From: an uncultured Planctomycetia bacterium
GTDB taxonomy: Bacteria > Planctomycetota > Planctomycetia > Pirellulales > S012-138
Assembly (NCBI GenBank): GCA_963731685.1
Contig: CAVSWR010000036.1
Location: 263,191-327,190 of the forward strand
Length of the DNA stretch: 64,000 nucleotides
Reading direction: 5' to 3'
Made by a program: the position numbers and the translations under genes. The stretch's first letter is position 1. Every line of letters begins with the position of its first letter. This document shows, piece after piece, positions 42,837-52,752 of the stretch. Under the pieces are notes generated by a model. It saw only the letters and a program-made list of their open reading frames with translations. It was not told the DNA's origin and ran no database searches.

Positions 42837-44177
42837 ATGCAGCGATGTTTTCTTGCCTTCGTCGTCACGGCATTCGCCGCCAACCTGTCGGCGGACGACT
42901 CCAAGAGCCAAAGCGGTGGCAATTGGCCGCAATGGCGCGGTCCCCACGCCTCGGGTGTGGCGCCGTTGGCCGATCCGCCGATTCGTTGGGATGAAAACAC
43001 CAACATCAAATGGAAGGCCGAGATTCCCGGCGCCGGCAGTTCGACGCCGATTGTCTGGGGAAACCGCCTGTTTGTGCTCACCGCGGCGCCAACCGACCGC
43101 CTCGCCGAAAGGCCGCCGCAAGCCGACGAGCGGTCGAAGACCGAACCGCCAAAACATATCTATCAGTTCGTTGTCCTGTGTCTGGACCGCGCGACCGGCA
43201 AGACGCTGTGGCGGCGAGTGGCCTGTGAGGAAACTCCGCACGAGGGCCGGCATGGCACGAACAGTTACGCCTCCGGCTCGCCGACAACCGACGGTCAGCG
43301 GCTGTACGCTTCCTTCGGCTCCCGCGGCGTGTACTGTTACGATCTCGACGGCGACTTGCTTTGGAAGCGCGACCTGGGCGACATGCGCACCCGCTACGGC
43401 TGGGGCGAAGGCGTTTCGCCGGTCGTGCATGACGGGCGCCTGATCGTCAACTGGGATCACGAAGACCAGTCGTTTATCACCGCCCTGGACGCCAAGACCG
43501 GCAAGACGCTATGGAGGGTGGACCGCGACGAGCCGACGTCCTGGGCCACTCCGCTGGTCGTCGAGCACGCCGGCAAAACGCAAGTGATCACCAGCGGAAC
43601 CAACCGCGTGCGCAGCTACGACCTGGCCAACGGCGAGTTGATCTGGCAGTACGGCGGGCTGACGGTCAACGCGATTCCTTCGCCCGTGGTCTCCGGCGAC
43701 GTTGTTTTTTGCACGAGCGGCTATCGCGGTTCGATCGCCGTGGCGATCCCGTTGGACTCCAGCGGCGACATTGCCGAAAAGCCGGAGAGCGTCGTCTGGC
43801 GCCATGAAAGGGGAACGCCGTACGTGCCGTCGCCGATTGTTTATGGGAACCAGATTTATTTCACGCGGACCAACACGGCCGTTTTGTCCTGCTTGGATAT
43901 CGCCACGGGAAAACCGGTTTTCGAGACCCAGCGCATCCAGGGCTTGAGCAGCTTGTATGCTTCGCCCGCCGCCGCCGCGGGGCGGATTTACTTTGTCGGG
44001 CGCGACGGAACGACGGTGGTCCTGCGACATGGGCGGCGTCTCGAGGTGCTGGCGACCAATAAGCTCGACGAGCCGGTGGACGCCTCGCCCGTGCTGGTCG
44101 GCAGGCAGTTGTTCTTGCGCGGCGCGCGGCACGTTTACTGCATTGAGGCCGCGGCGCCGAGCGATCCTGGCGAATGA
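42837..44177 (+). CDS. PQQ-like beta-propeller repeat protein, secreted
   Basis: Signal MQRCFLAFVVTAFAANLSA. Repeated …G..LW… propeller units (NWPQWRG, TLWRRVA, LLWKRDLG, TLWRVDRD, LIWQYGG). Confidence 0.8.
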   Translation: MQRCFLAFVVTAFAANLSADDSKSQSGGNWPQWRGPHASGVAPLADPPIRWDENTNIKWKAEIPGAGSSTPIVWGNRLFVLTAAPTDRLAERPPQADERSKTEPPKHIYQFVVLCLDRATGKTLWRRVACEETPHEGRHGTNSYASGSPTTDGQRLYASFGSRGVYCYDLDGDLLWKRDLGDMRTRYGWGEGVSPVVHDGRLIVNWDHEDQSFITALDAKTGKTLWRVDRDEPTSWATPLVVEHAGKTQVITSGTNRVRSYDLANGELIWQYGGLTVNAIPSPVVSGDVVFCTSGYRGSIAVAIPLDSSGDIAEKPESVVWRHERGTPYVPSPIVYGNQIYFTRTNTAVLSCLDIATGKPVFETQRIQGLSSLYASPAAAAGRIYFVGRDGTTVVLRHGRRLEVLATNKLDEPVDASPVLVGRQLFLRGARHVYCIEAAAPSDPGE

Positions 44178-44195
44178 CGCCGTGCGAGTTCAAAT

Positions 44196-45194
44196 ATGCG
44201 AAACGCAATTCTCACGACGGGCCTGATCGCGCTGGCCCTGCTGGCGCAAGACGCTCGCGGCCAAGCTAACGACCAGCCGCGGGGTCTCTCGCCCGAGCGG
44301 CGAGCCGTGGCGTTTCTGTCGCGCGAAGTTCCGCGCTGGCGCACGGCGAACAAGTGCTACTCGTGCCACAACAACGGCGACGGTGCGCGGGCGTTGCTCC
44401 AGGCGGCGAAGGCAGGTGTCGCCTTCGATCGCACGGCGCTGCGCGATTCGATTGACTGGCTCGGCCATCCGCAGCGTTGGGCCGACCGGCAAGGCGACGG
44501 AGAATTCAAGAACGAGACCTTGTCGACGATTCAATTCGCCTCAGCCTTGCGCCTCGCCACGCGGCAGGGCCTGGTGAAGACCAAGACCCCGCTGACTCAG
44601 GCGGCCGAAATGGTCGTGAAGTTTCAAGAGCCCGACGGGTCTTGGAAACCCGACCGGCAAGGCGCCGTCGGCTCGCCGGTGACGTATGGAACACCGCTGG
44701 CCACGGCCATGTGTTTGCAGATTCTCTCGCAAGCCGGCCGCGACAAGTTCCGGGGGCCGATCGCCAAGGCCGAAGCGTGGCTGCGCCAGCGGAAGCCGGT
44801 CAACGTGCCGGACGCCGCCGCGACGCTGATCGGCCTGGCCGCGAGCGATGACGACTTGGCCGTGCGGCAGCGCCGCCATTGCCTCGACTTGCTGCGGCGG
44901 GCTGAAGACAAATCCGGCGGCTGGGGGCCGTTCGCCAGTTCCGCGCCCGAGCCGTTCGACACCGGCTTGGCGCTGCTGGGATTGGCGGCCGTTTCGGGCG
45001 AAGACGCCGCGCGGCGGGAGATGATCCAACGCGGGCGGCGTTACCTGGTCGGGCAGCAACTCGAAGACGGGAGCTGGCCGGAAACAACGCGGCCGCCCGG
45101 CGCCGAGAGCTACGCCCAACGGGTCTCGACTACGGCTTGGGCGGCGCAGGCGTTGCTGGCGACGCGGAAACCGGGACGCGAGCCGCGCAAATAA
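44196..45194 (+). CDS. Prenyltransferase/squalene-oxidase-repeat-like secreted protein
   Basis: Signal peptide. Repeated …DGSW… motifs (QEPDGSWKPD, DKSGGWGPF, LEDGSWPET) typical of the terpenoid-cyclase-like alpha/alpha toroid repeat. Confidence 0.55.
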   Translation: MRNAILTTGLIALALLAQDARGQANDQPRGLSPERRAVAFLSREVPRWRTANKCYSCHNNGDGARALLQAAKAGVAFDRTALRDSIDWLGHPQRWADRQGDGEFKNETLSTIQFASALRLATRQGLVKTKTPLTQAAEMVVKFQEPDGSWKPDRQGAVGSPVTYGTPLATAMCLQILSQAGRDKFRGPIAKAEAWLRQRKPVNVPDAAATLIGLAASDDDLAVRQRRHCLDLLRRAEDKSGGWGPFASSAPEPFDTGLALLGLAAVSGEDAARREMIQRGRRYLVGQQLEDGSWPETTRPPGAESYAQRVSTTAWAAQALLATRKPGREPRK

Positions 45195-45195
45195 A

Positions 45196-45250
45196 AACCC
45201 GGCCTCCCGAAACGAATCGAGAGACCGGGCGGGTTCGTTTTACTTCACAA
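45196..45250. terminator. Putative bidirectional rho-independent terminator between convergent genes
   Basis: Stem CCCGGCCTC…GAGACCGGG with an alternative AAACGAA…TTCGTTT stem, followed by TTTTAC. Confidence 0.4.
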
Positions 45251-45256
45251 TCCGTG

Positions 45257-46359
45257 TTACGGCAGCATGATGGAGCGAAGGTTTTGCTCGCCGCTTTCGG
45301 TTTGCACGAGGATGACGGCGGCCAAGTCGTTGAGGCGATCCAACTGCACGACGCCTTTCAGGTTCTCAATCGTTTCGTACGATTGTCCGGCCGTGCCGGT
45401 GATCCTCTGATTGATGGCCGTCTGGTTCTCGATGTTGTCGGTGCTGATCTTCATTACACCGCGGCGGCTGTTGGCCATCAGCAGGAAGTCCTTGCCGTTT
45501 TTCTTGTAGACGATCATGTCCAAGGGACGGTTGCCATTGCCCAATTCGGCGATGGTCGTGCCGCGGACTTTCTCGCCCGGCTTCAGGCTTTCGACCGGGA
45601 ACTTGACGAGCGGCGTGCATTGAAAGCCCGCCAGCAAGTTGGGTTCGCCGCCGATGTTAAACGGCACAAAGGCGTAGATGGCGCGCTGTCTTCCAGCTTG
45701 CCGTGGGCGCCGTGGAAGATTTCCAGGCTCGTGCCTTGGTTGGCCTTGTCGGTGAAGGGGAACTCGATCTCCCGCACGTTGGACGGCGACGCCTCGGCGC
45801 TGAGACCCGAGATCAGCACCTTGCCGTCGATGAACGCCAGGTCGGTGATCGACGACCCGCGGTTGTTGCGGCGGCGGCGTCCCTGGCCGGTTTCGCGGTC
45901 GGCCGGCGGATTGGGCAGCGTCGCTTTCGAGAAAGCCACGTTCTTGAGCGCCACTTGGCTCAGTTTGCCCGCGGGGTTGATCCGCAGCAAAGCGGGTTTG
46001 CCGTCCGGCCCGGCGCCTTGCGACACCGAGAGGTAAACATTGCCGCTCATCGGGTTGACCGCCAGGTCGTTGATGGTGACCTTCTCGGCGCCAAGCAGCT
46101 TGGCGGCCTTGGCGTTCACGTTCTCGACATCGTATTGGGCCTTGGAGGGGTCGCCCTTGGTGTCGCTGGTATCGATTGCGAACACGGTGGCGCCCTTGGT
46201 ATCGCCCACCAGCAGAATCCCGTCGGGACCGAAGGCCAGCGGACCCGCCGATTTCAAACCGGGCGTGCCTTTCTTCAGCCCCCACTCCGCCGCGTTCGCG
46301 GCCGATACGCCTAACAATGCGACCAACGCCAAGCCCGCCAGAACTCGTCGTAACGTCAT
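45257..46359 (-). CDS. Hypothetical secreted protein; apparent frameshift ~45680-45730
   Basis: Signal MTLRRVLAGLALVALLGVSAANA in ORF 45583..46359. The protein-like continuation …RAIYAFVPFNIGGEPNLLAGF… lies in the frame of ORF 45257..46552. Confidence 0.5.
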
Positions 46360-46432
46360 GACTGCATCCTTTTAAGAAAACCGTGAAGCGACACGAAAAG
46401 CGACAACGCGAAAAACCGACTTCCTCAATCTT

Positions 46433-47494
46433 GTGGGAGGGGCCATTCGACCCGACTTCAGGTCCAGAGCGAACCCGATTCCCGTCCGGTTCCCCATTAT
46501 CAAGATTCCCTCGCACGACGCAACTATTTCCCCAAGTCGATTGGCGCCTCACGCCACGGCCGTCACAATGGGTGGTAGCGGTTACCAGTCACTTTCTTTC
46601 GCCAAAAAAAGTTCGCCCGTGCCTGTATTCGTCGATTCGCATTCCGACGCGAAAACCCTCTCGCTACCGGCGGCGTCCGAGCAGCCGGCCGCGCCCAGCG
46701 AAACCACCGGCATGCCGCCCTCGGCCTGGTCCCAAGTCTTTGCGTCGTTATTTACCCCGAGTTGGAGCCTCGGCTTGCTGCTGTTCGTCAGCTTCTTGTT
46801 GCCTTCCTACCAGGGCTGCAACGGCCACACCGTGTACGTGAGAAACATTGTCGTGGAATGTAAATTCACTCCCGGCGACGTGCTGACGGCGCTTGTGTTG
46901 ATCTGGCCGTTTTCTTTTGGGCTGATCGTGGCCGTGGGAACGGTGGCGCTTTCGCTGTCGTGCAATCCCGAGCGGGCACGTTGGCTGTGGTGGAGCTACG
47001 CCGGTTTGATACTCCTCTACGCTCTGCAACTCTGCGTTGTCGTTGTCGGATTCTTCGCCGCCTTGGCGACCGGCAAGGCGGATTACAATTGGGACTGGCA
47101 GGACATTTTGGGTGGAGCGTGTTTTTGGGCCGGGTCGGCGGCCTTGATCGCGCTATTGCCGATCACGCGCCGCCGTTGCCAGAATTGGTTCAACGCGGCG
47201 ATGTGGCTGCAACTCAGCCTGGCTTTGCTCGCCGCCTTGTACGTTTCGCTTTTCTTGCCGGCCATCACCTTCGCCAAAGGCCTGTTGATCGGCGGCAAAC
47301 TGTCGATTGCCGCCAGCGTGTTTCTGGTTCTGGCGACCCTTGTGGCGCGGCTGGACGGCTACCGCGTGCTGACGCGGGCCAGAGGCGAGAGCCCTTGGCA
47401 GTTGAGCCTCAAGTCGCTCATGCTGCTGATGTCCCTTGGCGGCATCGCGTGCGCGTGGGTGGGGGCCTACGTTTTCGACATTTGGAGCCCTTGA
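46433..47494 (+). CDS. Hypothetical polytopic membrane protein (start uncertain; probably internal, ~46568 or 46716)
   Basis: Six or more hydrophobic helices in the C-terminal 250 aa. The N-terminal 60-90 aa are Pro/Arg-rich. Confidence 0.5.
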   Translation: MGGAIRPDFRSRANPIPVRFPIIKIPSHDATISPSRLAPHATAVTMGGSGYQSLSFAKKSSPVPVFVDSHSDAKTLSLPAASEQPAAPSETTGMPPSAWSQVFASLFTPSWSLGLLLFVSFLLPSYQGCNGHTVYVRNIVVECKFTPGDVLTALVLIWPFSFGLIVAVGTVALSLSCNPERARWLWWSYAGLILLYALQLCVVVVGFFAALATGKADYNWDWQDILGGACFWAGSAALIALLPITRRRCQNWFNAAMWLQLSLALLAALYVSLFLPAITFAKGLLIGGKLSIAASVFLVLATLVARLDGYRVLTRARGESPWQLSLKSLMLLMSLGGIACAWVGAYVFDIWSP

Positions 47495-47626
47495 GCCGCA
47501 CTCTCCAGTCATTGCTAGTTGGGCTGCAAAGTCCTACAATCTTTGCGGAGGGGGAAGGAAACTGGCCGTCGCGGCACACATCTTGTCATTGCCGTAGCGC
47601 TTTGTCCTCTCTAGCCGCCGTTTTTT

Positions 47627-47699
47627 GGGGACGTAGCTCAATCGGGAGAGCACCGGCTTTGCAAGCCGGGGGTTGGCGGTTCGATCCCGCTCGTCTCCA
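47627..47699 (+). tRNA. tRNA-Ala (anticodon TGC)
   Basis: Cloverleaf GGGGACG/CGTCTCC acceptor stem with the G3:U70 Ala identity pair. Anticodon loop TTTGCAA. T-arm GGTTCGATCC. Discriminator A. CCA is not encoded. Confidence 0.9.
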
Positions 47700-47702
47700 C
47701 TA

Positions 47703-47736
47703 AATGGCCACTCGCAGATTCCTGTAAGTGGCCATT
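47703..47736 (+). other. Perfect 10-bp hairpin AATGGCCACT-n14-AGTGGCCATT immediately 3' of tRNA-Ala
   Basis: Read directly from the sequence. Could be a tRNA terminator or an island attachment-site structure. Confidence 0.5.
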
Positions 47737-47777
47737 GTTATTGCGCTTGCATCTACACCTGCGCCGCCGAAATTGCC

Positions 47778-47865
47778 TGATTTTGTCTGCTGTGTCTGAT
47801 TTTGTGTCTGAGAATCGCCTCTTTGTGTCTGATCTTGGCCCCTATAATGCCATTTTCAGACACGA
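47778..47865 (+). promoter_or_regulatory. Operator-like cluster: 3-4 direct repeats T(T)TGTGTCTGA, one inverted copy TCAGACAC, and a perfect TATAAT (47843-47848)
   Basis: TGTGTCTGA at 47791, 47804 and 47824. A degenerate copy at 47778. Inverted copy at 47857. TATAAT lies between them, 55 nt upstream of a small ORF. Confidence 0.45.
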
Positions 47866-47963
47866 GACTCCACTTGATTCAGCGAGTCATGGGCGATGGC
47901 TAAGGAAACTCCATCATCGCGAAAGACAAGGTCGATACTCTCAAGATTCGTGCTCGCGCAATC

Positions 47964-48152
47964 GTGGGGCGCGATGGCGATTCCAAACAGGTTGCTGCGC
48001 TACGCAACCTGAATGCTCACCTTCACGGCATCGAGATCATTACGTACGATCAGTTGCTGCGGATCGCCGCCCGAGTACTCGACGTCTTTGAAACTGCTGG
48101 CACCGCTACAACAGAAGCAACTGCTGACTCAGATGCGGAGATTCAGTTCTAA
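47964..48152 (+). CDS. Small hypothetical ORF (GTG start; frame open from 47904) downstream of the regulated promoter
   Basis: …KDKVDTLKIRARAIVGRDGDSKQVAALRNLNAHLHGIEIITYDQLLRIAARVLDVFE… with an acidic tail. No family recognised. Confidence 0.3.
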   Translation: MGRDGDSKQVAALRNLNAHLHGIEIITYDQLLRIAARVLDVFETAGTATTEATADSDAEIQF

Positions 48153-48296
48153 CCGCCCACCAAGAAAACTGCTGAACCAATAACGCAACCAATAAGGCTT
48201 TGACTTCGCGAGCTTGCGAGCCGGAATAGGCCGGTCGGCTCGCTTCGCTCGGCAGCGTCAACCCCCGGCCACGTTATCCAAAACATTCTGTGGCAG

Positions 48297-48800
48297 ATGA
48301 GTCTGGATCATGAATCCTTCACAATGAACGACATCGAGACACAACCTCCCCAGCGAATCCAGTTCGGCATTCGTGCTCTTCTCGGAGCGGTCACGCTGGT
48401 GGCTGCATTCTCCTCTGCGTATGCTTGGTTTCACCGCGCGTATATTTCCCCTCGCCGCCATTCGGAGGCCGTAGAACGACTGATCGAGTCACTGGTTGAC
48501 CGACGGCCGCCTGACATGACGCGTGGACAATGGGGTTGTGCCGTTGCCTGGACGCTTAACTTGCATGGCAACAGTCTTCTGCAGTTCGAGGCCACCGGCC
48601 CCACTATTGAAGCGTTTAAGCAACGGCTGAAACAGAAACTTGACGGCGACGTCGATTTGGAGACCATTCACTGGATCTGGGATGAATATGCAGGCATTTG
48701 TCCACACGGCGCTAGCTACCAGCGGTTTAAGGCCCAAATGCAGGATGAGATTGCCAACGTCGGCCCAAATGACGACCCTTGGTCAATGAGGGTACCCTAG
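48297..48800 (+). CDS. Hypothetical protein, lower GC, island-borne
   Basis: 167-aa ORF with an N-terminal hydrophobic helix ALLGAVTLVAAFSSAYAWF. Confidence 0.45.
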   Translation: MSLDHESFTMNDIETQPPQRIQFGIRALLGAVTLVAAFSSAYAWFHRAYISPRRHSEAVERLIESLVDRRPPDMTRGQWGCAVAWTLNLHGNSLLQFEATGPTIEAFKQRLKQKLDGDVDLETIHWIWDEYAGICPHGASYQRFKAQMQDEIANVGPNDDPWSMRVP

Positions 48801-48915
48801 CGCACGTGTGGTGGCGCACTCTGATCCGCAGATCCTGCCAGATAACCAAGGCTCCTCCCGCGGACACGTCCCCCACGCTTAGATCGAGACGTACCCGACG
48901 GGAAAAAGGTTCTCG

Positions 48916-51693
48916 GTGCCAGCCCGGGTTGATACAATCAGCAAAGCAAATGCCGCGCCCCGGCCCGACTACGACCGCGACCTGGCGCTGCTCGACGCCG
49001 ACACCGGCTACCAGTCCGACAGCGCCGCCCGCTACGCCAGTGAGATGCTCGCGCTGGCCCAAGGCAGCGACACGCCCTGGGGCTGGGAGCACTCTGCGGA
49101 GGCCGCCGCCGCGGCCGAATACGCCTCCTCGATGGCCGCCGCCGCACTGACCGACGGCACGGCCACGATCGACGAGAGCTACACGTTCGCGCAGACCGTG
49201 GCCGACGAGACCCGCACGCTTTCGGTTAACGAGGCCACGGCCGCCTTCAATTCCGCCACGGCGCTGGCCGCGGCCGAGTACAACCACGTGACGTCCCACG
49301 CCACGGCCCTGGCCAACGACAACTACGACATCGCCGAGCGCGTGCCGACGGCGGTGATCACCTTGGTGGGATTGGACGACCTGGATGGCCGCGCGGCCGG
49401 CGACCCGGCCGACTTCATCGCGGCCTTGAACAAGAACGGCGGCTCCCCGTTCAGTGACCTCGGCGACAGCTTCTACACGGCGGCCGTCGACAAGATGTTC
49501 TACACGCCGCCGGAGACCGACGAACTCGGCTACAGCAACAGCTTCGACCGCTGGCTCGGCGAGAACCTCATCCGCCCCGCCGTCGGCGACGACAACCTCA
49601 TCAACGCCACCGACGCCCAGCTATTCTGGGGCACCGCGGCCTTCGCCGCGATAAGCGCGGTGAGCATTGTCTACGCCGCCCCAGTGCTCGCCACGGCCGT
49701 GGTCGACATGGGCATCAAGGGGGTGGTGTTCACACTGGCGAAAGATTTCATCATTGGCGGCGCGATCTCTGGCATCATCGACGCGGGCGTGCAGTTGGAG
49801 CACATGTACGAAAACGGCGGCGACTTCAATTGGAGTCGACTCGGCGAGTCCATCGTCGTGGGCGGTGTGATGGGCATGGGGATGGGAACGGCCTTCCGCG
49901 GCGTGCAGACCTTGTCGAAGGCCCTCACCACGCGCTACGCCGCGGCTTGCGTGCCGGTCACCATCGGCCAAAAGCTGGGGCTCGGCTACTTGGGCAGCAA
50001 GGGCATCGCTCATGGCGTCGAGGCCATCGGCAACGGCGAGACGGTCGAAGGCGTCAGCAGCATCTTGTTCGGCGCCCTCGGCGTGGCCGGCGCCCTGTCC
50101 ATGCGTTGGAACTGCTTCACGGCCGGCCATCAGATTCTCGCCTTGCCGCTCGGCGTGACCGTCGCTGAAGCTTCGGCAAGCATGAGCGACGAAACGCGAG
50201 GTTGGCGAACTGAGTATTTCATCGGCGCCAGCGTGGCGATTGCGGTCGGCATGACCGGTTGGGTGCGCGAACGCCGCAAACGCCGGCGACTGTTGGCGCA
50301 AGCCCGCGACCATGTGTATGGTTCCCAGTGGGAATCAAACTCGCGACATGACCTCGACGATGACGCATATCCAGATTTGATGCCGGAAGCAATCGCCATG
50401 GATGACGCCGAGGCTACTATTTGGGCGGATGAATCGTACCTGCCGGACGCGGACTATTTTGATGAGCGCGCAGCTCTACTTCAGGCGCTGAACAAGCTTG
50501 CGGCGTAGCGTGCCTACCGCGGCCACAAGCGGAGTTGATTCGCGATCCGCGCGCCGCGAAGCCATCCGCTGCGCGCAAAGCGAAGATCCCGGCCGATCAG
50601 CCGAGAGAATCACATCGCGGCGCGTCTATGGATCGGCCTTTCACTCATCGTCGCTTTCTTCTGTCTTTTCCAGGCGCTGCCCCGTTGGTCGCGCACCGAC
50701 GGCCTTTCTTCGTCGCGCACGCGACACGCTGTCGCTCCGTCTTCGCTCGACACGAATATCGCCAGCGACTACCGCGTCGGCGCCGAGAACTACAAGTTCT
50801 TCAACATCGAGGACATTCGCCCGGGACAGCTGGTCCTGGCGTCCAACCCTGCCACCGGCCAGCTTGAACCGCGCCGTGTCCTCCAAACCTTCCAGCGCAC
50901 AACCTACCACCTCCGCTACCTGACCTTCGAGTCTACCACCGGCGTCCGCCAAACCTTCGAGACAACGGACGAGCACCCGTTCTGGTCGCAATCTGAATTC
51001 CGCTGGGTATCCGCCGGCGACCTCCAACCCGGTGACCGCGTCATCGACCCGCACGGCGCGCAATCCCTCCTCGTCACCACCCACCGCGAGCCCCACCCCG
51101 AAGGCGTAACCGTCTACAACTTCGAGGTCGAAGGCTTCCACAGCTACTTCGTAGCGGCAAAAGGCCCTGGCGGTGAGCCGGTATTGGTGCATAATGCGGA
51201 CTGCGGCCCCAACTCGCCCAGCCGCTCCAGATCCCGTCCGTCAAACGACAACTTCCGTAACGGCTATGATCGGATATTTGGAAATGGTTCATCAGCAGAA
51301 ACGCGGGTGTTCCAAAATGAAATCCCCATCATGACACCAGCGCAAACGCAGCAAGCGCTAAGGGCTGGCGGCTACACAGGAAACACTTCGTGGGCATACA
51401 GCATTCATGATCATCACATCTCTCCGCGTTGGCTGGGTGGAAAAGACGCGGGACCACTGCTACGTGTGCGAGGTTTCGAGCATATTACCGATCTCGAACC
51501 TGGACTCTGGGCGCACGTGAAGCGAAACATCCCGGGGCTGACGGAAAAAACTACTGCAAATGTGCAGCGATTGATGCGAGACGGATTCGTCACAAGTGAA
51601 GAAATCATGCGAACGTTGTTCAGTTTTTACAAGGCTCGATATCCGCAACTATCGGATGAGGCAATCCTAAACGTGCTGAGACAGGGGTTGTGA
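48916..51693 (+). CDS. Polymorphic-toxin cassette A: 5'-truncated (homology to full-length copy starts ~48965, about aa 205) with two apparent frameshifts (~50440-50470 and ~50618); Hint domain plus C-terminal toxin tip A (DHH-type putative HNH/EndoVII-fold nuclease)
   Basis: ORFs 48916..50508, 50535.. and 51184..51693 together parallel copy 57352..60717. Landmarks are CFTAGHQILAL, …VYNFEVEGFHSYFVAAKGPGGEPVLVHN, then the tip …SIHDHHISPRWLGG…. Confidence 0.55.
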
Positions 51694-51694
51694 G

Positions 51695-52162
51695 ATGAAA
51701 TTCAACGAACAGATCCAAATTCGCGGCGAACCTTTTCCTAGCCCGCTCCCGTTGCCCCCATCACAAATGATTTCCCTGCTGGAGGCGCATGGCTTGCGAT
51801 TTGTGTTCGACGATGGCGTTTTGCGACTTCGTGGCACATATGACCCGACAAGATGCGAAACTTTAAAAGCGGTGTTGGCATCTAATGACCTTGATGTGAA
51901 TGTTTGGCAGCAAGTCTGGACAACATATGACGATGACGATTTCGACATGGCTCCTCTTTGGCTCGTCTTGGGGATTCCTGAAGTACGGATAGCGGGAATT
52001 GACTTTACTGTGACTTGCCCCATGTGCGCAAGAACCAAAGTCCACGTGGATACCGATGTACAAGTTCCAAGAGTGAATACACGCAAACCAATAGTCAACG
52101 TGAATGGGCAATTTACGATCGTTGGCGCAGAACTTGCCAGCGCATCGAAACGGACTTGCTAG
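51695..52162 (+). CDS. Candidate immunity protein for toxin tip A
   Basis: ATG overlaps the toxin stop (TGAGATG). ~48% GC. 155 aa. Confidence 0.45.
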   Translation: MKFNEQIQIRGEPFPSPLPLPPSQMISLLEAHGLRFVFDDGVLRLRGTYDPTRCETLKAVLASNDLDVNVWQQVWTTYDDDDFDMAPLWLVLGIPEVRIAGIDFTVTCPMCARTKVHVDTDVQVPRVNTRKPIVNVNGQFTIVGAELASASKRTC

Positions 52163-52176
52163 GATTCTCGCTGCCC

Positions 52177-52476
52177 ATGTTTGACGTTGCGGGCAGATAC
52201 CATTATTTGCGGTCTACGTGCCAACTTCGGCACCCTGCTATTCGTTCTGCTTACGCTATTGGTCTAAGAGGGAACTGCACGCTATGTTCGCTGCCACTCT
52301 ATGACAAATTCTTCGGCCCGCTGGAGTACCCCAGAAAGGAATGGCACGATGAGGATATTGTCTACTGCGACTTTTATAGTTGCAATGCATACACACCTAA
52401 GGCATACAATTTGCTTCGGAACGCTGACTCGGCTATTGTTCGAGACCGGATCATCTTGATGGAAGCATCGACGTGA
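52177..52476 (+). CDS. Second small low-GC ORF downstream of cassette A (hypothetical; possible additional immunity gene)
   Basis: 100-aa Cys/Tyr-rich ORF (…YCDFYSCNAYTPKAYNLL…). Confidence 0.3.
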   Translation: MFDVAGRYHYLRSTCQLRHPAIRSAYAIGLRGNCTLCSLPLYDKFFGPLEYPRKEWHDEDIVYCDFYSCNAYTPKAYNLLRNADSAIVRDRIILMEAST

Positions 52477-52539
52477 GTGAGCGGCTTTTCACATCTGACC
52501 GCACTGCAGTTCAGACGTCACACAGTCCAGGACGAGAAA

Positions 52540-52660
52540 AAGCTGGTATGTGGGTAACGCGATTTTAGCAACAGCGCGTACCGATTGCGCCTCCTGCGTT
52601 GCAGTCTTTGAAAGTTCAGTCGAAGGACTCGGCGCGGTTGCGGCGATCGACTCATCTCGG
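52540..52660 (+). repeat. ~115-bp inter-cassette element, copy 1 (second copy at 60995-61108)
   Basis: …CGCG(A/G)TTTTAGCA(A/G)CAGCGCGT…GAAAGTTC(A/C)GTCGA(A/C)GGACTCGGCG(C/T)GGTTGCGGCGATCGACTCATCTCGG… is conserved at both sites. Confidence 0.7.
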
Positions 52661-52752
52661 TCGATTTTCTGAGTTGTTCTCGCCAACTTGTCATAAAAGA
52701 GGCCAAGGCGCCGAGCTGCCATATCCGGCGTGCAACTTCTCGACAGAGCGCC

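Noticed and set aside
47504-47626. Canonical sigma-70 promoter for tRNA-Ala (TTGTCA …)
   Set aside because: A TTGTCA hexamer at 47581 is present, but no acceptable -10 element lies at 16-18 nt spacing, so it is not reported as a feature.
47700-48300. Integrase expected next to tRNA-Ala
   Set aside because: No tyrosine or serine recombinase signature (R…HxxR…Y, or a catalytic Ser N-terminal domain) appears in any frame between the tRNA and cassette A. Only small ORFs of unknown type are present, so no integrase is called.
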